A stretch of 50,241 bases of DNA from Candidatus Saccharimonadales bacterium (GTDB lineage: Bacteria; Verrucomicrobiota; Verrucomicrobiia; Limisphaerales; Palsa-1400): contig DASRLE010000333.1 in NCBI GenBank assembly GCA_035648615.1, positions 1 through 50,241 of the forward strand, in the 5' to 3' direction. The notes beneath the pieces were generated by a model that did not search any database, had not been told where the DNA came from, and worked only from the letters and a program-made list of their open reading frames with translations. Shown piece by piece: positions 43,985 to 50,241 of this stretch (position 1 is the stretch's first letter; the number at the start of each line of letters is the position of its first letter). Position numbers and translations under genes: made by a program.

Positions 43985-45529
43985 TTACTCCGGTGGGTAC
44001 TGCCAGACCCAGTCGCCTTTTTTGCGATCAACCGCGCCCGTTTTGGTTGCGCCCGGTTGGCCGCCATCGTCTTTTTCATTCCAACCCACCGAGTAAAGAA
44101 TAAATTTGCCGTCCGGCGCGCGCCGATAATGCAGCGGCTGACCGTTGATGATGTCGTGCGGCAGTTTCGCGATGAACCGCGGCGCCAGAGATTCCAACGT
44201 TTCAGGATAGCCGCCCTGTGCCAGCCGATAGCGCTCCAAGGCGCAGGCCACCTGCGCGAGGTCGGCATAGACTTGCGTCATGGCAAAAGTCCCCACGCTT
44301 CGGGAAATGGCGGGGAAATTCATCAACGCCAGAATTTTATACGGCTGGTAGTGATGCATCTGGGCGCTTACCGCCCCCTCCGCGCGCCGCTCGGCCGCCG
44401 GGGAGGCAATTCGCTTTTCCAGATCCACCAGAGGCGCGCAAACCTGTTCATTCAACCGGGCGGACGCCAGTTCGTTTTGGTAGAAGAACGCGCTGGGCAT
44501 CAGCCAAAAACTAAGTTCCATGACTTTATCGGTGCCGGAACTGTTTTCCACTGTTTTATACTCGCGGGTCCGCCGATAATTTTCCAGTAAAGCCAGCGCA
44601 AAGCCCAGCTCGCCCCGCATGGCTTTCCGATAGTCGGCCAGGAAATCTTTCGCAGCGAGTTCCTCTTCCAGTTCCGCCAGTTGCGCGTCCGACCATTGCC
44701 GCCGGGCCAACCCTTCGTAAATCGGTTGGAGCGTGGGGTGCATCGTCGCCAGGCCAACCAGATGCGTGATCAAGAGCGGCTCCTGGCGCAAAGCCTCATT
44801 CAATCGCAGCAGAAGTTGGACATCGTCAAATGCTTTGGCGGTTTCCCCGCCCCCCAGTTCGGCCAAGGCGCGCAACTCGATGACGGAACACGCAAATTTG
44901 AAATCGACCAGATATTCCATGACCCGTGACCCGGTCTTAAGATCATACGTATAGTCGTCGGCAAATCGGGAGTAAGGCCGCCGGCTCGCCACCCGCAATT
45001 CCTCGATGGCTGAATCATATTTGCTGAGGGCCAGCAGAACGTCAGCGGAGGGTGTTTGCGGATGTGGCGCGACAGGAAATTCACCCGCTAATTTTCTGGG
45101 CGAAGTCCGGTAGTAATTCTGCCATTCTTTTAAATCAATCAATCGGGCTAACTGCCAGTTGCCGAGCCACCCGTGTTCAGGCCCACTGCCGTCCGACCGC
45201 GAGATCGACATCTTTAATGGGTCAACCAAGTGACTGTCGCCGGGTTTCCATTTCATTTGTCTTTCATCCCACGTCGTGGCGGCCAGTGCGGAAAAAATCG
45301 GGGCCTTGGTAAAGTTCTGGTCGTCAGGAATTTTGTTCGTTGAATTCAGGATTTGGTCCAGGAAATCGCCTTTGGCCGCCGCCTGCCGCTTATAATTTTC
45401 CCACTCTCGTTTGCCGCGCCAGTTCTCCTCGGTAATCACCAAAGCCCCCAGCGTGATAATTACCGCCACGCCAATCAACCCCCAGCGCCAGAACCGCCAG
45501 CCCCATTTTATTTTAGGTTTGTCAATCAT
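43985..45529 (-). CDS. Single-pass membrane protein of unknown function, third gene of the ECF sigma operon
   Basis: N-terminal TM WGLIGVAVIITLGALVI and a large helical ectodomain. The C-terminal ALERYRLAQGGYPETLESLAPRFIAKLPHDIINGQPLHYRRAPDGKFILYSVGWNEKDDGG resembles pseudopilin-G-like tails common in PVC genomes. Confidence 0.55.
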   Translation of the reverse strand: MIDKPKIKWGWRFWRWGLIGVAVIITLGALVITEENWRGKREWENYKRQAAAKGDFLDQILNSTNKIPDDQNFTKAPIFSALAATTWDERQMKWKPGDSHLVDPLKMSISRSDGSGPEHGWLGNWQLARLIDLKEWQNYYRTSPRKLAGEFPVAPHPQTPSADVLLALSKYDSAIEELRVASRRPYSRFADDYTYDLKTGSRVMEYLVDFKFACSVIELRALAELGGGETAKAFDDVQLLLRLNEALRQEPLLITHLVGLATMHPTLQPIYEGLARRQWSDAQLAELEEELAAKDFLADYRKAMRGELGFALALLENYRRTREYKTVENSSGTDKVMELSFWLMPSAFFYQNELASARLNEQVCAPLVDLEKRIASPAAERRAEGAVSAQMHHYQPYKILALMNFPAISRSVGTFAMTQVYADLAQVACALERYRLAQGGYPETLESLAPRFIAKLPHDIINGQPLHYRRAPDGKFILYSVGWNEKDDGGQPGATKTGAVDRKKGDWVWQYPPE

Positions 45530-45532
45530 AGG

Positions 45533-45925
45533 TTAAACGATGGCGGTTAGGTCAATTTCGCTTCGCGGCTTTGGCACAAATTCTTGCGGGCGGAGGGCAT
45601 CGACTGGCTGGGGGTGATCGGAGAGCAAGTCATTTAACAGTTTCTCCTCGTTGCGAAACGCCATCATCATCTCCGCTGTCGGGGGAGCTTCGGCGAGAGG
45701 CGGGGGCGAACCGTCGCGCTGCGAAACGTTGACCAACACGATCAAAGCCCACACGACGGCCAGCCCCGCCCAAACCCGGCGGCAAGGCCAAAACACTTCC
45801 CGCCAGAGTTGCGGCAGAAAATCGGCGGCGGGGCCTGGGCGGTCGATGACTTGATGTCGGATGCCATTGAGCTTGGGAGCGGCGGACTGGTGCCGGGCCA
45901 ATAAGACTTCACGCGGCGTTTTCAT
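45533..45925 (-). CDS. Putative anti-sigma factor (single TM), assigned by position
   Basis: 130 aa with one TM (VWAGLAVVWALIVLVNV). ATGA overlap with the ECF sigma gene. No zf-HC2 motif was seen, so the call rests on context only. Confidence 0.45.
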   Translation of the reverse strand: MKTPREVLLARHQSAAPKLNGIRHQVIDRPGPAADFLPQLWREVFWPCRRVWAGLAVVWALIVLVNVSQRDGSPPPLAEAPPTAEMMMAFRNEEKLLNDLLSDHPQPVDALRPQEFVPKPRSEIDLTAIV

Positions 45926-46467
45926 TTCGTCTCCTCCAACAATTTTCGCAGGGATTTCTTGGCGTAATACAACCGTGACTTGACCGTGCCGGCCGGAACT
46001 TCCGTGATGCGAGCAATTTCCTCAATGGAAAAATCCTCGACGAAATGCAGCAACAAGACGGAGCGATGCGGCAGTGGCAGTTGGTTTAGCAAATTCATGA
46101 AAGCAGTTTCCTGTTCCCGACGAATGAGCAACTCGTCCGGACTAGCCTCAAATTGCTCCGGTGTTTCCGGGATTTCATCGACCTGGATTTCCCGCCGCTT
46201 ACGCCAGCGCTGCACGCATTTTTGGTGCGCGATGCCAAAGAGCCAACTGCCAAACTTCGCGTCTTCGCGCAGCCCACCGAGGTGCCGGAGGGCCGCAATG
46301 AAAGTCTCCTGCACGATATCCAGACTGGCCTGTTCGTCGCGGACAAGTTCAAAAACATAAACATAAAGCGGCAATTGATAACGCCGAAAGAGCGCGTCCC
46401 AGGCGTCCGAGTCGCCATCGCGAGCCTTCGAGACAGGCAGTAGTTCGTTATCGCTCACATCCGGCAT
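45922..46467 (-). CDS. ECF-type RNA polymerase sigma-70 factor
   Basis: Region 2 (YVYVFELVRDEQASLDIVQETFIAALRHL) and region 4 HTH (LPLPHRSVLLLHFVEDFSIEEIARITEVPAGTVKSRLYYAKKSL). Confidence 0.85.
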   Translation of the reverse strand: MPDVSDNELLPVSKARDGDSDAWDALFRRYQLPLYVYVFELVRDEQASLDIVQETFIAALRHLGGLREDAKFGSWLFGIAHQKCVQRWRKRREIQVDEIPETPEQFEASPDELLIRREQETAFMNLLNQLPLPHRSVLLLHFVEDFSIEEIARITEVPAGTVKSRLYYAKKSLRKLLEETK

Positions 46468-46515
46468 TTACATAAAGAGGAATGATCGAGACGAGAAAAG
46501 GTTCAAGCCAAACTG

Positions 46516-47124
46516 CTAAATCGCCTTGGCCCCCGCGCCGAAGGCTCTTTTACCGTCGTGGGCGTGGGTGAGGGCAATCGCCAGGGCATCGGCGGCGTCG
46601 GGCGATGGAGGCTCGGGAAGTTGCAAAAGTCGCTGCACCATTTTGCTCACTGCGGTTTTTTGGGCCGCGCCGTAACCGACCAGCGCTTGCTTGACCTTGC
46701 GGGGCGCAATTTCAAAAATATCCAGGCCTGCCTCCGCCAGCACCGCCATGGCCGCTCCGCGCGCTTCGCCCATGATGAGCGCCGTTTGCAGGTTTTGCGC
46801 AAAAAAAAGTCCCTCGATGGCGCAGACGGTCGGCTGATGACGAACGACGATTTCGCGCAAGGTTTGGGCGATCTTGGCCAGGCAGCGCGACCGCGTCCAG
46901 GTGGCCGGGCAACGGATGGTGCCGTGGGCCAGCGCCCGAGGATTAGGTTTGACTAACTGGATGACGCCGTAGCCGGTGCCGCGCAGGGACGGATCCACCC
47001 CGATGACGATTTGATTTTTCGTCGAGACGGCGCGCGCGCTGATCTCCGCCGCAGACGGTTCGGCGCGGCGGACGCCGCTCAGCCTCGCCTGCAGTTGCTC
47101 AAATTGCCGTGGGGTGATGGCCAT
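46516..47124 (-). CDS. ruvC: Crossover junction endodeoxyribonuclease RuvC
   Basis: IVIGVDPSLRGTGYGVI, IEGLFFAQNLQTALIMGEARGA and PDAADALAIALTHA are canonical RuvC blocks. The ATG at 47124 gives an approx 38-aa N-terminal extension and a 26-nt overlap with the SSS gene, so the true start may be internal. Confidence 0.85.
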   Translation of the reverse strand: MAITPRQFEQLQARLSGVRRAEPSAAEISARAVSTKNQIVIGVDPSLRGTGYGVIQLVKPNPRALAHGTIRCPATWTRSRCLAKIAQTLREIVVRHQPTVCAIEGLFFAQNLQTALIMGEARGAAMAVLAEAGLDIFEIAPRKVKQALVGYGAAQKTAVSKMVQRLLQLPEPPSPDAADALAIALTHAHDGKRAFGAGAKAI

Positions 47125-48688
47125 GCCTGGGTTTTACCAAAAATCGCTGCACGAGAAAAGAAACAACCAGCATGACCGAGCCGCCGACGAGCGTGTACCA
47201 CGGAAAAGCCAGGGTGATGCCGAGACGCGGCCAATGGGGCGGAAGGTTTAATTGCACCAGCGGGCTGATCCAGGTCATCACCGCCAGCGAGCAAATCATG
47301 CCGGTAATGACGGCGGTGGCGCTGCCGCATTTCCAAAAAAGCGCCAGCAAAAGCCCGCCCAGCAACGCGCCGCTGGTCAAGCCGCGCAACTTGAAGGCGG
47401 CATCCAAAACAAAAGCGACTTCGCGGCTCAGATAGGCCACGAAGACCAGCGCTCCCGCCCAAACAATGGTCGAGATTTTGCTGAAGCGCAAAAAGAAGGA
47501 CTCGGACCGCCCGGGCAAAAATTTCTTGACGAAATCCATGGTCGAAACGGAGGCCAGCGAGGTCAACGCCGAACTGACCGATGACATGGCCGCGGCCAAA
47601 ATCGCCACGATGAGCAGACCCTTGAGGACATGCGGAACGCCTGTCAAAATGAAAATTGGATAGATAAAATCGTTGGCCTTGATGCCGCTGCCCGCCCGCA
47701 CTTCGGGCAACGGGATGGCCAGGGGAAATTTTTGGTAATAGACCCAGAGCATCACGCCCACCAGCAGAAAAATCAAAAACAGCGGCAGAATGACCACGGC
47801 GCTGAGGACGAGCGCCTTGCGCCCATCGGTCACCGTTTTGCAGGAGAGAACTCGTTGCACGATCAACTGCTCCGCGCCATGCGAAGACATGACCATGACC
47901 GTCCCGCCAATGACGCCCATCCAGATATTGATCGGGTCCTGCCAGAGCGAAACCGCATCGACGCGCGCATTGAACCAGTGCAATTTCCCGCCGGCGGAAG
48001 CCATTTGAAAAACTTCATGGAGGCCGTGGGAAAAAAAGTGCGGGATGTAAAATAAAGTAAACAATCCGCCCAAAAGAAACAGCCCGAATTGCACCGCATC
48101 CGTCCAAATGACTGCCTTGACTCCGCCGATGTAGGTATAAATGAGCGACAAGCCCACAAACAAAAGAATGGCGCCAAGGATGGCATCGCCTCCGCCAAAA
48201 GCGCCCAACACTTTGTCGCCGAGCATGAGCTTGATGGGGATGCAGGCGACATAAACGCGCACTCCGGCCGCAAGCGTTTCGCTTAACAGAAAAAAACCGC
48301 CGGCGGTTTGCCGGGCCCCGTTGCCAAAGGCGTTGGAAAAAAGTTGATAGGGCGAATAAATTTCTCCCTTAAAATAATGCGGCACCATCACGATGGCCAA
48401 AATGATCCGCGCGATGACGTAGCCGATGATCAACTGGATAAATGACAGGTCTCCTTTCGCCGCATAGGCCATGGCGGGCACGCCAATAATGGTCAACGCG
48501 CTGGTTTCCGCCGCGACAATGGAAAGGCCAATGCCCCACCAGGGAATGTCTTTGCTGCCGAGAAAATAATCGCGCGTATTATGTTGATCGCGGCCAAACC
48601 AGACGCCCAGCGCGATAATGCCGCCCATGTACACAATAATTATCCCCCAGTCGGCGGCATTCAAATAATTCACGGGCGAATCGACCAT
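47099..48688 (-). CDS. Sodium:solute symporter (SSS) family transporter
   Basis: 529 aa with about 13 TM helices. N-terminal YFLGSKDIPWWGIGLSIVAAETSALTIIGVPAMAY is typical of SSS proteins. Confidence 0.8.
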   Translation of the reverse strand: MVDSPVNYLNAADWGIIIVYMGGIIALGVWFGRDQHNTRDYFLGSKDIPWWGIGLSIVAAETSALTIIGVPAMAYAAKGDLSFIQLIIGYVIARIILAIVMVPHYFKGEIYSPYQLFSNAFGNGARQTAGGFFLLSETLAAGVRVYVACIPIKLMLGDKVLGAFGGGDAILGAILLFVGLSLIYTYIGGVKAVIWTDAVQFGLFLLGGLFTLFYIPHFFSHGLHEVFQMASAGGKLHWFNARVDAVSLWQDPINIWMGVIGGTVMVMSSHGAEQLIVQRVLSCKTVTDGRKALVLSAVVILPLFLIFLLVGVMLWVYYQKFPLAIPLPEVRAGSGIKANDFIYPIFILTGVPHVLKGLLIVAILAAAMSSVSSALTSLASVSTMDFVKKFLPGRSESFFLRFSKISTIVWAGALVFVAYLSREVAFVLDAAFKLRGLTSGALLGGLLLALFWKCGSATAVITGMICSLAVMTWISPLVQLNLPPHWPRLGITLAFPWYTLVGGSVMLVVSFLVQRFLVKPRHGHHPTAI

Positions 48689-48761
48689 GGCCGCAAGAGT
48701 AGAAGGTAAACAGGAAAGGATGGAAATGAATTAATCCCGGCTGAAAGATGGCGCCGCCCAC

Positions 48762-48819
48762 AGTTGTAGCGTTGAGCCTCTGGCTCAACCTGTCGAGGCG
48801 CAGCCTCGACTCTACAACT
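48762..48819 (-). other. Perfect three-helix (three-way-junction) palindromic element between the upstream gene's stop and the SSS start
   Basis: The outer 8-bp stem pairs 48762-48769 with 48812-48819. Hairpin A is GTTGAGCC-TCT-GGCTCAAC (48771-48789). Hairpin B is GTCGAGGC-GCA-GCCTCGAC (48792-48810). That gives 24 perfect base pairs in 58 nt. The TAG stop of ORF 48812-49483 lies inside the outer stem, and no U-run follows. Confidence 0.6.
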
Positions 48820-49483
48820 CGCAGGCAGGCACCGCTTCTTCCACCCCGTCCGGGAGCCGGCTGAAAATTGTTTCCAACATTTCCTGGCCGGCTGGATTAA
48901 AAAGATGGGCGGAACCTCCCGCGGCATGGGCCAGCCCGGAAATCGTTTCCCGGGCATAATGCAACAGGCCTTGGCGCAATGGAATGGAATAGACGGCCAG
49001 GGTCAAACCATAAACCAGCGTGTGCCAGCCCTGCGCCTGCCCGTCCTTGACTGCGCTGAGATAACGCTGGACGGTGCGCTCATCGCGCAACGGCCGCAAA
49101 CGTTGCAGTTGCATCGAACCGATGGTTCGGCTGGCGGAGGCGAAAGGCGCCAGGCGCGGCTCGGAGGCGATTTTCTGGTCGAGGGCGATCAATTCGCGCA
49201 GTTCACCGCGGCGGACTTGCCCGCACGCCCGGGCGATGGCGGGCAGTTCCAGCGGCAAAAGAATCTCGGACAAATACGTTTCCAAAAACCGGCGAAGGCC
49301 CGCCACGCTGGAAATCTGGCCGGCCACAGGATGGACCGCCGATTCGCAGGCGAGCCACATTTCGGCGGCGCCGATTTGCTGCAAAAGGGCGGAAAAATCT
49401 CCCAGCAGATTTTCTGCTGTGCTCTGCGCGATCCCTGATTCCGGCAAGGGCTGCCGTCGCGCGCTTTTTTCGCTCGGCCTCAT
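48812..49483 (-). CDS. Hypothetical helical protein
   Basis: 223-aa ORF upstream of the SSS gene on the same strand. Its resemblance to UreF-type helical accessory proteins (GWHTLVYGLTLA...) is too faint to assert. Confidence 0.45.
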   Translation of the reverse strand: MRPSEKSARRQPLPESGIAQSTAENLLGDFSALLQQIGAAEMWLACESAVHPVAGQISSVAGLRRFLETYLSEILLPLELPAIARACGQVRRGELRELIALDQKIASEPRLAPFASASRTIGSMQLQRLRPLRDERTVQRYLSAVKDGQAQGWHTLVYGLTLAVYSIPLRQGLLHYARETISGLAHAAGGSAHLFNPAGQEMLETIFSRLPDGVEEAVPACEL

Positions 49484-49671
49484 AACACATTGGCCAGCCT
49501 ATCCTTTTTAGCTGTGCCGTCTGTTGTTTCTAAGGCTAACTCGCTTTGTCATTGCGTCCAGTTGTAAAAGTGAAATTTGGAAATTATTTAAGTTGCAATT
49601 GCGCCGGAAGCCTTTCGCCCGCTTCGCCCTTTCCCCTGAATTCAATTGCGCTCTGGCTAACGGGCCGCTGA

Positions 49672-49992
49672 TTGTCTATCTTAAAATGTATGACTGAATC
49701 TCGGCATTGCCATAATTGCGGATGGGAATGGAACCTGGCCGGCCAGCCCGGACGCGGCGACTCCTGCCATCAGTGCCAGGCCGATCTGCGCGTTTGTTTG
49801 AATTGTGTCAGTTATAATGCCAGCGTGGCCCACCAGTGCCGGGACCGCCGGGCCGATCCGGTTTTCGAGAAGGCGCAGGGAAACTTTTGCGAATATTTTG
49901 CGCTGGCCCGCCGTCCTTACGCGGCCAAGACGGTCATTAATGCGCGCGAAAACTCGGCGCGCGATCAACTCAAGAAATTGTTCGGCGATTAA
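49672..49992 (+). CDS. Small Cys-rich zinc-ribbon protein
   Basis: Three CxxC pairs (CHNC, CHQC, CLNC) plus HQC within 60 aa. The probable start is MTESRH (nt 49690). The 3' end overlaps the convergent CinA-like gene by 23 nt. Confidence 0.5.
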   Translation: MSILKCMTESRHCHNCGWEWNLAGQPGRGDSCHQCQADLRVCLNCVSYNASVAHQCRDRRADPVFEKAQGNFCEYFALARRPYAAKTVINARENSARDQLKKLFGD

Positions 49993-50239
49993 CGTTGTCC
50001 GCCAGCGCGCGGCGCAACAAATCGAAGGCCTGTTGCGCCGTGACGAACTTGAACGTCTCGCGGTCGAAAGGATTGAAGCGTTTTTCCACGACCGTTTCGT
50101 CCTCGTCGGCCAGAGCGATAAAAACCGTGCCGACCGGTTTCGTTTCACTGCCGCCGCTCGGACCGGCAATGCCCGTGACCGCCAGGGCATAATCCGTCCC
50201 CTGCCGCTGCCGCGCGCCCTCCGCCATCTGGCGCGCCAC
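49970..50239 (-). CDS. CinA-family C-terminal domain (nicotinamide-nucleotide amidohydrolase PncC-like), partial; the N-terminus lies beyond the window
   Basis: MA.GAR...G.DYALAVTGIAGPSGGSETKPVGTVFIAL matches the CinA C-terminal signature (TGIAGP.GG...KPVGTV). The ORF runs off the window end. Confidence 0.75.
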   Translation of the reverse strand: MARQMAEGARQRQGTDYALAVTGIAGPSGGSETKPVGTVFIALADEDETVVEKRFNPFDRETFKFVTAQQAFDLLRRALADNVNRRTIS

Positions 50240-50241
50240 CG

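Noticed and set aside
48812-49483. Possible UreF-like urease accessory protein
   Set aside because: I saw only a vague helical resemblance (GWHTLVYGLTLA). No other urease genes are present, so I left it as hypothetical.
1-50241. Search for CRISPR arrays, rRNA, canonical tRNAs, IS transposases, integrases, reverse transcriptases and known defence ATPases/nucleases
   Set aside because: I found no regularly spaced 25-40-nt direct repeats. No ORF shows transposase (DDE), tyrosine/serine recombinase, RT (YxDD) or Walker-A-rich defence signatures. This was a by-eye scan only, so short or degenerate elements could have been missed.

Overview
This 50.2-kb window is moderately GC-rich, and I infer it comes from a PVC-group (Verrucomicrobiota-like) bacterium. 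The clues are a prepilin-type [10 protein letters not shown] protein, giant LamG/BNR/DUF11 surface proteins and many exported glycan-active proteins. All calls rest on reading the supplied translations and DNA; I ran no searches.

Layout:
- 0-9.5 kb: a GH2-like hydrolase, then a minus-strand unit with a LamG-repeat surface protein (split by a 1-nt frameshift), a prepilin-like protein, a lipoprotein, a GH-like TIM barrel and a GntR/FadR regulator.
- 9.8-31.3 kb: five tightly packed transcription units. They mix exported glycosidase-like proteins (two DUF4091/GH123-like paralogs in inverted orientation, two large unknown secreted proteins, a CBM9-like module) with an unusual cytoplasmic enzyme set: two SDRs, an Amidohydrolase_2 enzyme, an MLE-subgroup enolase, a creatininase-family enzyme, a dimethylformamidase-like protein, a HisD paralog, RidA, an RraA-like protein and a DMT permease. 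This is my best candidate for an undescribed catabolic system.
- 31.3-35.5 kb: a low-GC accessory islet with a truncated ParA-like gene, a small HTH gene, a cysteine-free C-type lectin carrying EPN/WND motifs, a tRNA-like cloverleaf and an orphan membrane coiled-coil protein.
- 35.5-50.2 kb: an SGNH esterase, a sensor-less HisKA_3 kinase-like protein with degenerate ATP-binding motifs, a 1533-aa BNR/DUF11 surface protein, DUF433 plus a decayed toxin stub, an ECF sigma operon, ruvC, an SSS transporter preceded by a perfect three-helix palindromic element, a zinc-ribbon protein and a partial CinA C-terminus.

I saw no CRISPR array, rRNA, canonical tRNA, transposase or integrase.
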